NCBI GenBank assembly: GCA_002269645.1
Contig: NIVC01000868.1
Coordinates: forward strand, 62,001-126,000
Source of the DNA: Macrostomum lignano
Lineage: Eukaryota
DNA length: 64,000 nucleotides
Direction: 5' to 3'
Under the pieces are notes generated by a model. The model saw only the letters and a program-made list of their open reading frames with translations, ran no database searches and had not been told where the DNA came from. Below are positions 12,401 to 28,788 of this stretch, piece after piece. Each line of letters begins with the position of its first letter. Within the stretch, counting starts at the first letter, position 1. Made by a program: the position numbers and the translations under genes.

Positions 12401-12636
12401 TCCTGGGCGCCGCTTGTCCGCCGCTGCCGGCACCGCGCCAGTCGCTGTGGCTTGCGGGCCATGCGGCTGGTCTGGCGGGCGGGCTGCTCTGCCTGCGCAG
12501 CGGCCGCCACAGTCTGCGCCGCCACCCGCACAAGCCGCAGCAACAGCAGGCGGAGCAGCCGCGGCCAAACAATCAGCTGCTGGAAGGCTGGCAGAGAGGC
12601 GGTTTTGCACAGGGAGACTGCAAAAAACAGCAGTAA
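3475..12636 (+). CDS. TP53I11: TP53I11 (PIG11)-like multi-pass membrane protein, spliced
   Basis: Exon ~3475-3703 reads [41 protein letters not shown], matching the N-terminus of human TP53I11 as I recall it ([33 protein letters not shown]), and ends at gtgagt. Exon 5441-5542 (AVAFVLWLAWRSEDREVVRLSLTAAAAHSAVQLL) aligns to [23 protein letters not shown]. Probable last exon 12383-12636 is phase-1 compatible. A middle exon probably starts at 5129 but its end is unresolved; the start codon is unresolved. Confidence 0.8.
4699..4930. repeat. 58-bp tandem repeat, 4 copies
   Basis: Unit actgagtgatcgctgccagctgagctgtaaacatccctatcgcgaaccctgaccaatc. Confidence 0.95.
5695..5833. repeat. 27-bp minisatellite, left part (split by the LINE)
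   Basis: Same unit as 9135-11300 (cactctgttgtctgtctctcagcccct). Confidence 0.9.
5834..9134 (-). mobile_element. Apparently full-length non-LTR retrotransposon, RTE-like (single APE endonuclease + RT ORF)
   Basis: Single uninterrupted ORF 5894-9121, short 3' UTR and a (TTG)n tail at 5834-5851. Four 17-bp tandem repeats at the 5' end (9067-9134). A ~27-bp flanking direct repeat (gttatctgtctctcagccccccactct) is compatible with a TSD but cannot be told apart from array units. Confidence 0.92.
5894..9007 (-). CDS. LINE polyprotein: APE endonuclease + reverse transcriptase
   Basis: EN motifs GTMNC, LLQD, LGDLNA, LDH, RSDH; RT motifs QNGFR, FVDFRKAFDSV, GVLQGDTLAP, YADD, FTYLG. First ATG at 9007, alternative at 8824. 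Confidence 0.95.
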   Translation of the reverse strand: MTSVGSDGRASAAAAKLSTAGTRRGQRSAQRRTERRRERNRRGRLRGAARRLFSPVPATSTMDPPGGAGDHEANLHLAPAVPGGRLRLGTMNCRTLKAPWRRTILVQLAHDLQLDLVLLQDVSIVAEPGLHSEDLGAGWSLLYTSADNRGRGGVGVLIGPRLQQSVHCISLSSRLMRVDLRLRARCIRLFCAYAPTAAHPEEARAFFDFLAGQLEEVPNRDTLAVLGDLNAVPRRSERSPFVAGRENANTDALEDLLDRLDLVSANTQFRKPPARLVTFAGCKRRRRNARGRNATRRLAQLDHALVRTRERRRVTNCDTMAPLALRSDHRLLICDLRLRDQLYRPPKQRPRRYYRALLDTRVKRQFAGAFVGSLGDQREAEYSDISTAVRAAAEQTVPLMRPAQKLLPAWQSDPAIRQARLNIERLRRNRRPTGEAEDAFERLLDERQQAAVDDAIRSITAAGPDVKSRAVWTAVRTLTGRKKRVALNLAGDTPEERRNELRDFFAGIVNAPASPLPASFALPLDTPLPAEEDFCTRPVTTEDVVLFARKTSGGKALGPDEVPVEALRLRCVASQVTGVMNRVLAGAPAPTEWTVAHIVPIPKKAGTTRKEDHRGISLMSCTAKLFNRLLLDRLQSVLDPYLRYEQNGFRPQRGTVTQILALRRVIEEARIRQSTLIIVFVDFRKAFDSVLRAALPFVLRAYRVPQQLIDAVMALYCDTRAAVVTADGLSDLFDTSSGVLQGDTLAPFLFVLLLDWVLRTALPSANDGFLLRRRIGRRHGEKRLSVLGYADDLALLSSSVGGAQRQIDRLVEVASSVGLVVNTLKTEVLTVPAEIPADLTCRGADGQTTRLARCQRFTYLGGLVPHVEEDLRRRRGLAWAAFRSIRAVLQSEALPDRQRARLWQAVVETVLLYNAETWTLTATLERQLDSAHSGLLRAAFRADESVGTEALYDRAKLQRPSTILRRRRLQLAGHVIRAEGYCPQPVQDVLLLTLQGPFRRGQARTRRYVDCLLCDAGAPDTANGADFVRSQALRRAI
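9135..11300. repeat. 27-bp minisatellite (~80 copies) with a 20-bp deletion-variant block near 10550-10760
   Basis: Direct periodicity. It produces the spurious 500-725 aa ORFs in all three + frames. Confidence 0.97.
11760..12300. repeat. Purine-rich ~29-30-bp minisatellite
   Basis: Unit gggagagatgtgggagtctgggaagaaggc, more degenerate toward the left. Confidence 0.9.
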
Positions 12637-13138
12637 ACGATTCCCAACGACCAAGGACTGCGGGTCCATATCCGTCTAGAAGTCTTTGTTTCTGCTTGTA
12701 GTAAAGGCCGAACGTCTCTGCCGACAGACGTGAAACTGTTCATACGAGCAGGTCATCAGTATAATTTTCACTATTAACTACTTTTTCTTATTTATTAGCC
12801 GTTGCTACGAGCGTAGTGGTTTGTTGTAGAAAAGTAAAGCTAATTTTTGCCGCTCTAAAAATTTCGGTTACTGGGGCTGCATCCCGTGCGCAAGTCAGTG
12901 ATGGGTTTCTTTGCGACCAATTAATTGCTTTCCCAGCTGCAATAATCACGTTCAGTTTCTCGATGTAAAAGTACACGTTTTCGTATTGCAATATTTATTG
13001 TATCGTGCAACCAGAATCTGCTTCTCAAACAGTTCAAGACAAGGACTTTTTAATACTTCATTTATTCTGCGGAGCAGTGAGCAATTGAAAATTTTAGTTT
13101 TCTTCGATAGACAGACCGCACTCTGTAGGGATTTGGAT

Positions 13139-13504
13139 TGGCTCTGTTGGGACTCGGACTAGCTCTGTTGGGACTCGGACTGGCTCTGTTGCGACTCGGA
13201 CTAGCTCTGTTGGGACTCGGACTGGCTCTGTTGGGACTCGGACTGGCTCTGTTAGGACTCGGACTGGCTCTGTTGGGACTCGGACTGGCTCTGTTGGGAC
13301 TCGGACTGGCTCTGTTGGGACTCGGACTGGCTCTGTTGGGACTCGGACTGGCTCTGTTGGGACTCGGACTGGCTCTGTTGGGACTCGGACTGGCTCTGTT
13401 GGGACTCGGACTGGCTCTGTTGGGACTCGGACTGGCTCTGTTGGGACTCGGACTGGCTCTATTGGGACTCGGACTGGCTCTGTTGGGACTCGGACTGGCT
13501 CTGC
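13139..13504. repeat. 21-bp minisatellite (~17 copies)
   Basis: Unit ggctctgttgggactcggact. Confidence 0.97.
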
Positions 13505-13818
13505 TGGCTAAGATCTCAGAAAATGTTTAGCGCCAAGCACCGATAACCAACGGCTTGTCTCATATTTTTATCAATACGAAAACTTTTGCTGTCTCTAGGT
13601 TCGCTTTGCACTACTTGCTAGTGCAATAAGTAGTATACTCGGATTTTTGGTTTTTCCAAAACAATCACTTAGTGATTTGAGTAAAAATACCAAGGGAGAA
13701 TCGTCTTTACTATGGTCTGTTCTGACTGATTTTGAGTAGAGATCTGCACGAATATAAAAATTCGAGTTCAAGGCTGAGTCTTACAAAGATTTTTTGAGGA
13801 TTTGTTTGAGTGAGCTCT

Positions 13819-13955
13819 TTGATGCACTGCTAGCACCTGCAGTGAGTAGTGCGAGATCAAGAGCGGCCTTTGATGCACCGCTAGCACCTGTAGTGAGTAG
13901 TGCGAGATAAAGAGCGGCCTTTGATGCACTGCTAGCACCTGCAGTGAGTAGTGCA
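13819..13955. repeat. 51-bp tandem repeat, ~2.7 copies
   Basis: Unit tttgatgcactgctagcacctgcagtgagtagtgcgagatcaagagcggcc. Confidence 0.85.
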
Positions 13956-14535
13956 ATGGAGCTGATTTCCATCGAGCAAAAAACACTTGCCAGTTTCAAA
14001 GCGGCAGCCCAACAGGCTGAGCAAAGGCTTCCCCGCAGAGCGGTGCTGATGACGGCCGGGTCTACACTGAGGAAGCTGGCAGGAGGTGCAGAGATTTGCC
14101 CCATCACTCTGCCGGCCTCGCAGCAGATCGCCGCTAACAGGATTAAGCGATAAAACTGTCCCTTCAGGCGGCCCGGGCCTCGCCGTCCGCCCCAGTTAGC
14201 GTCACCTGTCAGCGCCGGGCGGCCAATTTTGCAGCCGCGGAGGGCCCTCGGGCGCAGCCTATTAGCTGATTAGGGCCCGGGGCAGCCCCCCAAATGCCAC
14301 TCTCGCTCTATGGCAGGGCTGAGAGAAGTCACGCCGGCTGGCTCAGAGCTGCCGTTACCGGCAGGGGGCTGCAGGCGGTCACTCTTGTTGATTTCTCAGG
14401 CCAGCGGTGTCAGGCCGAATTTGCTATTTCGGCAAATCACTCGGCTGCCGCAATCACATTTGCCGAGCGGCAGCCGCAGTTTCCATGCGATGCCCCAAGG
14501 AGGAACAAAAGAAAGCAGAGACCAATTTGGAGGAA

Positions 14536-15066
14536 TGCTCGGCTTGTGTGAAGCGGGGAATGCTCGGCTTGTGTGAATCGGGGAATGCTCGGCTTGTGTG
14601 AAGCGGGGAATGCTCGGCTTGTGTGAAGCGGGGAATGCTCGGCTTGTGTGAAGCGGGGAATGCTCGGCTTGTGTGAAGCGGGGAATGCTCGGCTTGTGTG
14701 AAGTGGGGAATGCTCGGCTTGTGTGAAGCGGGGAATGCTCGGCTTGTGTGAATCGGGGAATGCTCGGCTTGTGTAAATCGGGGAATGCTTGGCTTGTGTG
14801 AAGCGGGGAATGCTTGGCTTGTGTGAAGCGGGGAATGCTCGGCTTGTGTGAAGCGGGGAATGCTTGGCTTGTGTGAAGCGGGGAATGCTCGGTTTGTGTG
14901 AAGCGGGGAATGCTCGGTTTGTGTGAAGCGGGGAATGCTCGGCTTGTGTGAAGCGGGGAATGCTTGGCTTGTGTGAAGCGGGGAATGCTCGGTTTGTGTG
15001 AAGCGGGGAATGCTCGGTTTGTGTGAAGCGGGGAATGCTCGGTTTGTGTGAATCGGCGAATGCTCG
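14536..15066. repeat. 25-bp minisatellite (~21 copies)
   Basis: Unit ggcttgtgtgaagcggggaatgctc. Confidence 0.97.
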
Positions 15067-16707
15067 GCTAGTTTGAAGCAGGGGAAAGATCAGGCTAGAG
15101 ATATGGAACACTAGAGATATGGAACACTAGAGATGTGGACTCACCCCGAAAATAGGACCAACCCAGTTATGGCTTAAAATAAGCCTTTAGTCATCATTTG
15201 CATGACAAGTTTTGCAGCTGAATTTTTTTTAATTCGCTTTTAATCTTTCCGTGACTCTGACGGTGACCCAAATGTGTTTCAACCAAATTCGGCCAAGAAT
15301 GACGGCCTTACGAGTAGTTTAAAATCACGAAAATCTGAGAACACAGCAACATAAAGAATATAAAGTTCTCTCCGGCCTTGAATTCCACTAATGAAATGCG
15401 GAGTTTCAATTTTGCCGAGCCTCCAGTCTCAATACGGCATGTTTTGGCGAGCCAGTTGAGCCAATTGGCAAACACAGGGGAGCAGGGAATGGCGAACGCA
15501 GCACCAGTCCATGAGATAATGAAATGCTTCGCTTCGCACCTCTCCGGCTGGAAAATCGCGAAGCGCTAATGACCGCAGGCTCCGCTCAGATTTGGGCAGC
15601 CAAAGAGGCTGAAGCTGGCACCGGCCCGTTCTCACCTGCCGCGGAAAAGCGTGCTAAATTGGCTGCAAGCGAACACCTGAAAGGTGAAAATTGAAGCAGC
15701 CACTTTGCCCGCAATATCAAGTTTTCTATTCTCTCCGAGTGACGCGTCTCGGCTGGGGCGAACTCCCAGCTTCCCAGCTCGCGGGCTGACAGAAGTCACA
15801 ATCAATAGGCTGAGCAGGGAGGCTGCGAGGGAGCAGAAGACGTCAAAAAGCAGAGGAGAGCCCAGAAATTCGATCCCATGGCCGGCGGCTTTGATGGCGG
15901 AGCACGATCGGCCGCTTTGCTGCTCAAAAAATATTCGGGAGGCCCCCAAAGAGAGACTGGGTGGGGGCACGCGACCCACTTCAGTCTGGGGAGCCTGAGG
16001 GGATTCCCGGGTAATTGGCATAGTTGCCTGACATCACGGGCTGCCTGACATCCCGGGCCCGCTGGAATGGGCGGCCAAACTGGCGAGTCCCCGCCTCCGA
16101 GGTCCCATCGATCTCCCGCGAGCTCGCAGCAGAAGACAAAGGGCCTCACCTGAGTAGAATATTTTCCGAGAAAGGGACTGAGCTCTAATGTGGAGGCCGC
16201 CCATTGAAAGCCACACCTGATCCCCTGCAGTGGGAGGAGGAGCTGGTGGAAAATCCATCATTGCCATCTCAAGCAGTCCGATTGCAGATCAGATCGGCAG
16301 ATATCATTAAGGCAATCGAGTTCTCAACTCACCGTGTTGTCAAGGCGGCGCTGGTAGATTCCCATTATGGGCTCAGATGCCGTCGAGTTACCCACCGACC
16401 GCCGCTTCCCAGCCGCAAAACTTTTTATCCCGAAATCCAAATAATAATTAGGGATTTTACTGCTGCTCTGGGAGAATCGCAGTGCATGGGAATTCTGTTG
16501 CTGCGGCAGGCGGCCCCTCCGTGCCGGTCTGCTAATTGCACTGCCCGCAAACTCACCTGTCAATCAAGCTTTCTGTCTGGACAGCCCCCCCGCTGTGCGG
16601 GGGCTGCGCTGACTGACTTGCGATCTGATGCTGTCTTTGTTTCTGTTAGCGATGCAGCTTCTATGTTCGAATAAATTGATGAGTTCTGCTGTCGAGATGG
16701 TCGCACC

Positions 16708-16950
16708 GTGCTCAGAAAGTCACTTCAAAAAGTCAATTCAGTGCTCAGAAAGTCAATTGAGAAGGTCAATTCAGTGCTCAGAAAGTCAATTAAGAAAGTC
16801 AATTCAGTGCTCAGAAAGTCAATTAAGAAAGTCAATTCAGTGCTCAGAAAGTCAATTAAGAAAGTCAATTCAGTGCTCAGAAAGTCACTTGAGAAGGTCA
16901 ATTCAGTGCTCAGAAAGTCACTTGAAAAAAGTCAATTCGGTGCTCAGAAA
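16708..16950. repeat. 33-bp minisatellite (~7 copies)
   Basis: Unit gtcaattcagtgctcagaaagtcaattaagaaa. Confidence 0.93.
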
Positions 16951-17535
16951 GTTACCCAGGTGCTCAAAATTCATACCAACATTCATAAGGCACATGTTGC
17001 CAGTGCACTTACGTGCGTGGCTTCGGAGGTGTGGCTTGAGCCCGGCACTCGTACATACAAATATTTGTTCCTCCGTGTCGAGCTTCCATCTCACAACTGC
17101 TCTGTGCAGCTTTCCAGGAAACTCACGCAGCTACTCAACTTCTCAGCACACTGATTGCAACCCCTCTCGAGCGCTCCAAGGCTCTCAAGGCCCCATCAAA
17201 GAGCTGCTCCCATTGTTCTGGCCGACCCCGGGCCGTGTTTGTTATTAAAAAGCCAGGCAGCGGTGCTAAAGACGCCAATCAAGCCGAATTCAGCAGCGGT
17301 TCGTCATTAAATTCCGCGCTGACCTGCCGATTCCAGCAAATATTGCAGGCCGCCGCAATATCCAGCCGCTGAGGCTGTCAATCAAGGCCAGCCTCACTCA
17401 TGATCCCCATCACTTGCTGCGCGCGGCTAGTTATAAAGTTATCGCCTGTGTTTCTGCTGGGAGAATAAATCTAAATAAGGAAATTAATTCCTCCAGAGCA
17501 AAAGCAGAACGCAGCAGCAATTTTTTTCATATAAC

Positions 17536-18062
17536 TGCACTGATCTGAATTGGCTGCATTGATCTGAATTGGCTGCACTGATCTGAATTGGCTGCACTGA
17601 TCTGAATTGGCTGCACTGATCTGAATTGGCTGCATTGATCTGAATTGGCTGCACTGATATGAATTGGCTGCACTGATCTGAATTGGCTGCACTGATCTGA
17701 ATTGGCTGCATTGATCTGAATTGGCTGCACTGATCTGAATTGGCTGCATTGATCTGAATTGGCTGTACTGATCTGAATTGGCTGCATTGATCTGAATTGG
17801 CTGCACTGATCTGAATTGGCTGCACTGATCTGAATTGGCTGCATTGATCTGAATTGTCTGCACTGATCTGAATTGGCTGCATTGATCTGAATTGGCTGCA
17901 TTGATCTGAATTGGCTGCACTGATCTGAATTGGCTGCACTGATCTGAATTGGCTGCATTGATCTGAATTGGCTGCATTGATCTGAATTGGCTGCACTGAT
18001 CTGAATTGGCTGCATTGATCTTAATTGGCTGCACTGATCTGAATTGGCTGCATTGATCTGAA
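17536..18062. repeat. 19-bp minisatellite (~28 copies)
   Basis: Unit gcactgatctgaattggct. Confidence 0.97.
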
Positions 18063-18616
18063 TAGACTGTATTGGTCTGAATGTCTGAATTGATGCAGCA
18101 GTTCAGACAACAAGACTGGAACACCTGAAGGCCACAATATAAACTTTCTCTGTAGGTCAAATATTGCCATTAGTGTCCCCTGGGCCAAGGGCTGGAAGCC
18201 CTCCTATACTCAGGATTACAAAATTCGACGAGGCAATTTGGCGACCAGATATTGAAGACTCCTCTCAGTCGCTTCGCATTCATTCCTCGATGTATTCTTG
18301 AACCAATAACTTGGGGGCAACTCTTTCTTCCCTCCTTGTCGCCTCCTCTCCCTTCCCCTTCGATTGGGAGATTTTTCCCCAGCCAGGACGCAGCGATTGG
18401 CTCGCGCGGCGGGAAAGAACGGATCGGCTGCTCCGGAGGCTGAGGTGGGCCGGCTGTTGATGAGGCAGCTGGGGAGGCTGGGTTGGGTGCCGCCGAGAAT
18501 CCCCCAAATACGGAGGCCCGCGCGCCTCTCAGCCGAAAGCTCGAATTTTCATTTTGGCGCTTCGCACCCGGAGAGAAAATTCGAATCTCCAGCCCAGACT
18601 GCAGCCACTCAGCCGG

Positions 18617-23439
<4,823 letters not shown>

Positions 23440-23884
23440 AGAAAACCCTGACTGACAATCAAAAACCAACAACTTCAATCAAAGCTGTCGATCATGTCAA
23501 TCTGCGTTCTGTGGCTGACTTGTGTTCTCCTTACATTGCAGTCACTTTTCTTTACGTACCCGACAATCGGATGCAATGCCAGTACAATGAACTAATACCC
23601 CAATTCCTAATCACACTACGAGCTACGCCCCGCGTCTACTGTAAATAGCAGCTAAGCCTCTCCCAAATAAAATTCCACTCTATCAGCTGCCATCAGCTGC
23701 CGCTTACGCGGTCCCTCGGAGTTTTCAGTGCAAGCGAGAGTGCAAAGAAATACACAGTCAGCATGGACAACTCCCTGAGCGCAAATTTTCAGTAGATTTT
23801 TAATTAGTTGGTGTTCAAACGCAATTATAAGCAAAGCATGTGATTCTTTCCTTATCTTCTATTGCAAGGCTGGAGTCCTTATCT

Positions 23885-24058
23885 TGGCTGCAGCTGTGCA
23901 AATATCGGCTGCAGCTGTGCAAATATCGGCTGCAGCTGTGCAAATATTGACTGCAGATGTGCAAATATTAGCTGCAGATGTGCAAATATCGGCTGCAGAT
24001 GTGCAAATATTGACTGCAGCTGTGCAAATATAGCTGTGCAAATATTGGCTGCAGCCCT
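23885..24058. repeat. 21-bp minisatellite (~8 copies)
   Basis: Unit ctgcagctgtgcaaatatcgg. Confidence 0.92.
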
Positions 24059-24469
24059 AAAAAACAGCAGTTTAAGGCTGGTGGCCAGAAAAAGACAAAA
24101 TTGAAGCATTCCGGGCCTGCGACCCGAAGTGGCTGCACGGACGGCTCGCTGGGCCGTGAGCTCCTCCTCGCCGCTCCTCCGCCAGCAAACTCCAGCGGGA
24201 CGGCCATTTTGCCAGTTTTTCCCAGCGGTCGCAAGATGCGGATTTGTCACGCAAAGAGGATTTTTATCCCTGCAGGAGAGCCGAGAAAAACCGAGTGGAA
24301 GCCCCTCCGAAATTACGCGATAATTAGGGGCTGGAAAAGGATCGGGACGTGATTTTCCTGATTGACGACTCGCTCTTAACGGAGTGAAAGACGGCTGAGC
24401 CTGAATTTGAGGAAACATCTTCCTGGTTTGGGATGCGCTGTGATAATTGTATCTGCCATTGACTGACTG

Positions 24470-25450
24470 AGAGATGCCATTGGAGCTGCCTGTAAGAGAT
24501 GCCATTAGAGCTGTCTGTAAGAGATGCCATTGGAGCTGCCTGTAAGAGATGCCATTGGAGCTGCCTGTAAGAGATGCCATTAGAGCTGTCTAAAAGAGAT
24601 GCCATTGGAGCTGCCTCTAAGAGATGTCATTGGAGCTGCCTGTAAGAGATGCCATTAGATCTGTCTGTAAGAGATGCCATTAGAGCTGTCTAAAAGAGAT
24701 GCCATTGGAGCTGCCTCTAAGAGATGCCATTGGAGCTGCCTGTAAGAGATGCCATTAGAGCTGTCTGTAAGAGATGCCATTAGAGCTGTCTAAAAGAGAT
24801 GCCATTGGAGCTGCCTCTAAGAGATGCCATTAGAGCTGTCTAAAAGAGATGCCATTGGAGCTGCCTCTAAGAGATGCCATTGGAGCTGCCTGTAAGAGAT
24901 GCCATTAGAGCTGTCTGTAAGAGATGCCATTAGAGCTGTCTAAAAGAGATGCCATTGGAGCTGCCTCTAAGAGATGCCATTGGAGCTGCCTCTAAGAGAT
25001 GCCATTAGAGCTGTCTGTAAGAGATGCCATTAGAGCTGTCTATAAGAGATGCCATTAGAGCTGTCTGTAAGAGATGCCATTAGAACTGTCTGTATGAGAT
25101 GCCATTAGAGCTGTCTGTAAGAGATGCCATTAGAACTGTCTGTAAGAGATGCCATTAGAGCTGTCTGTAAGAGATGCCATTAGAGCTGTCTGTAAGAGAT
25201 GCCATTAGAGCTGTCTATAAGAGATGCCATTAGAGCTGTCTGTAAGAGATGCCACTAGAGCTGTCTGTAAGAGATGCCATTGGAGCTGCCTGTAAGAGAT
25301 GCCACTAGAGCTGTCTGTAAGAGATGCCATTGGAGCTGCCTGTAAGAGATGCCACTAGAGCTGTCTGTAAGAGATGCCATTGGAGCTGCCTGTAAGAGAT
25401 GCCACTAGAGCTGTCTGTAAGAGATGCCACTAGAGCTGTCTATAAGAGAT
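24470..25450. repeat. 25-bp minisatellite (~39 copies)
   Basis: Unit aagagatgccattagagctgtctgt. Confidence 0.97.
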
Positions 25451-26324
25451 GAGGTTGGAGCAGTGATTCTGTGCGAGATGACACTCGTATCTATTGATAA
25501 TTGAAAAGGCTTGATTCTCGTCCATTTATTGCTATTCTAAAGCCCAGCATTTCCCAGTCAGTTTTTAATCAGCTCAGATAAAAAACATGCAATTAACTTA
25601 AGGACCCCCCAGACTCCTTGCCGCTCCGCCGAGTGCCTCAAGTGGCCGATCACGGCCAGCTGGAGAACCCCCAATGCATTTCTATGGCAATAATTGTCAA
25701 GTCAGCTCACAGCGGCCCGCCTGGCTGCACACTGCGCAGCCGCTGTGAGCCGGCGCGTGCGGCTACCCAAGGCCTGCCGCCAATCGCCACAGGCGCCGAG
25801 GCAATTCCGGAACATCTTGAGAGCACATGGGAGAAGAGGCGAATAGAAATGCTCCCTGGCAACACAGCGGGAGGCGGGGAGGAGGCGGAGTGGGGGCGGA
25901 GTCGGCAGAGATCTCAGCGGGGGGCTGTTCATTAGCTGAGCACAAAAAAACTGGGAGATGAGCAGGCAAGCTCAAATAAGCAGGAATAATGAAGCCGCGG
26001 TAAGGTCGCTTTCATAAATTGTCAGGCTAAGCATCTACCGCTTCTAAGATGATGCGGAGTCATTGATAAAATGAGAATGTAACATTTTGAATGCGCTTTT
26101 TTAGACCTTCTTATCGATAGATTGACTTTAAGTCAAAAAATACACATAAAATGTTTTTTATTCTAATTTTATGTAATTACTAATTCTGCCCGTAATGAAT
26201 TTTTAGATTTTAAGGCTATAGCAGTGTGAAAACTGCTCAAGTAGGATAAAACAGTCATGGCAAGATTCACTTTAATATCAATAGGCCCGGCTGCCCCCAC
26301 CCACGGCGCTTCCAATTACCTGAC

Positions 26325-26848
26325 CTGATTACCCGACACCTGATTGCAGACACCTGATTGCAGAAACCTGATTGCAGACACCTGATTGCAGAAACCTGAT
26401 TGCAGAAACCTGATTGCAGACACCTGATTGCAGACACCTGATTGCAGACACCTGATTGCAGACACATGATTGCAGACACCTGATTGCAGACACCTGATTA
26501 CCAGACACCTGATTGCAGACACCTGATTGCAGACACCTGATTGCAGACACCTGATTGCAGACACCTGATTGCAGACACCTGATTGCAGACACCTGATTGC
26601 AGACACCTGATTGCAGACACCTGATTACCAGACACCTGATTGCAGACACCTGATTGCAGACACCTGATTGCAGACACATGATTGCAGACACCTGATTGCA
26701 GACACCTGATTACCAGACACCTGATTGCAGACACCTGATTGCAGACACCTGATTGCAGACACCTGATTGCAGACACCTGATTGCAGACACCTGATTACCA
26801 GACACCTGATTGCAGACACGTGATTGCAGACACGTGATTGCAGACGTG
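26325..26848. repeat. 14-bp minisatellite with 12-bp variants
   Basis: Unit acacctgattgcag. Confidence 0.97.
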
Positions 26849-26989
26849 ATGCTTTGATCAGAATACAAATGCTTTGTGATTCTACAGAATATACATTTAT
26901 CTCGTGAGCGATTGCCTACTATAAAGAGTAGCGAGAATAGAACTGGAAGCCAATCTCATAGTCCATACAAAAGGCTGCAATTTGAAGAG

Positions 26990-28254
26990 CAAGTAGAATG
27001 AATAAATCTTGAACGCTAACGAGTGCATCAATGGCTGAAAGTTAAGTTGAGAACAACATAATTATGGACCTACGAGTACAAACTGCAACACTGGATAAAC
27101 TAGCGAAATTCCTTTGCTATTTTACGCCTGTCTAAAAAAGTCTGACGGCACGTTCTATTCGCCTACGCTCGTGGCGTGGGAATTCACGCCGGTCTATATC
27201 GGCACTTTATGAAGCTTCGCTCCCTGGATATCATCAATGAGCCGCTATTTCATTCTGCCAATCAAACATTGAAGCAACGCTTTCTTGCGTCTTGGAGAGG
27301 GTTCAACATTTTTCGGCGATTGAGGCGGAAGACCTGGCTAAACTTCGCCGCAAGTATTTTGACCGGAGTAATCCAACTAAACTGCAAAATGAATTTTACC
27401 AGTATTTCAATGTACTTTTATTTTGGTAATTGGGGCCGGGAATGGCTCAGAGGACTAACTGCTAACTCTCTCTCGTAAATCGTTTTCCGAGAAGAGTCTG
27501 GCGGAGGAAGAGTAGCCATCGTTCTACAAGTTGGAACCAGCAAGAATGTCCACGGATCAATGGACATGAAGAAGAGCGATGATAACAAGCAATTAGCTAT
27601 AATGGTGGAATTGGCAGACTGGAAATCTTGTCCCTTTGAGGCGTTTCGCCAAAAGCAGGTGCCTGGATGGAATGGATCAGATTTTTTCCGGCGACCGAGG
27701 CCGCGTGTAGGCTCCGATGGCCTGTGGTACACAGAACAGGCAATTGGCATCAATACGCTAGGACCCATGCTAAAGCGCATATCTGCTAGTGCCGAGGTGT
27801 CGTGACCCTATACAGCGCATTTTCGGCCTACTGTAGCGACGGAACTACACAAAGCTGGAACTCCAACAGAGACTATCGCGAAGGTGACTGGGCACAAGGT
27901 AATTTCCAAATTTACATTAGCTAATTAAAACAGCTGGTGTCATATCCTAAATTATCTAAAAATCATCCATGTTCCATTATTGATTTTCAGACAAGTACAT
28001 CGGTGGAAAGGTACATCAGGCAAGGAAGAAAGAGAGAGTGCATCATGGCCAAGATGAGCAACCACTTGACAGAGGCTCTCGCCGGGCACACGCCATCCAT
28101 TGAAAGAACTTGCGGCAACGGGTCGGCCGAAATAGTGGAAATATCCGAGCAGCCTTTGGGCACAGCTTCTGCATTGCGAATTGCCGCACCGTCAAAAAAG
28201 CTGAAGATTGTAGCCGACGGTACCAACAACATTGTGCAATTTACTTTTGAGTAA
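26990..28254 (+). pseudogene. Decayed Crypton-type tyrosine recombinase (DUF3504-like) with a spliceosomal intron
   Basis: Stitched frames read LAKFLCYFYACLKKSDGTFYS..GIHAGLYRHF..DIINEPLF..FGNWGREWLRGL..WYTEQAIGINTLGPMLKRIS..YTAHFRPT..KVTGHK|TSTSVERY, with the R, H-x-R, H and Y catalytic positions recognisable. Frameshifts and in-frame stops (27476-78, 27803-05); GT-AG intron 27899-27990. Element ends not found. Confidence 0.85.
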
Positions 28255-28788
28255 GACCTCGACGCTCTGGCAAGTTGTGTATTTGACATTTGACGTTGCT
28301 TCTGTATTTTCTATAGTTGTGTCCCGATCGTTTTTGTACTAACTGTTGTCCTACCTAATTAAATAAGCATGTAAATGTGTCACCTCTCTCTGTTGGGTGT
28401 TTTAATGAAGTTCGGCCATAGACAATATCATTCCCGCACGATTTACATCATTCCCGCGCGCTGGCTCAAACAAGAATGCACTATGCGGAATTCTATCTAT
28501 GGCAGCGAGAAGCAAGCAAGCAAGCAATGCTAGCCTGTGTGGCAAAGCTCGCAGTACGCGGCCAGTCGCTTCTCTGCAGACGGTGCGTCAAGCTCGCAGC
28601 CCTCCTTCCCAATACAAATCTCAATATAGAAACGGAAACGGAGATCGACCGACAGTTTGTCTGATTAGAGGTAAGTAGAAGATTGAAAAAATAAGATAGA
28701 ACTGCTTTTCACTCTGACTCATTTAAAATCCCTAATCCTATAGAAAAGCGCACCAATTCAAGAGGCAAAATGCCACTAGTAGAAGCAA

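Noticed and set aside
13781-14107. 108-aa minus-strand ORF
   Set aside because: Nearly half is the 51-bp repeat; no domain or splice support.
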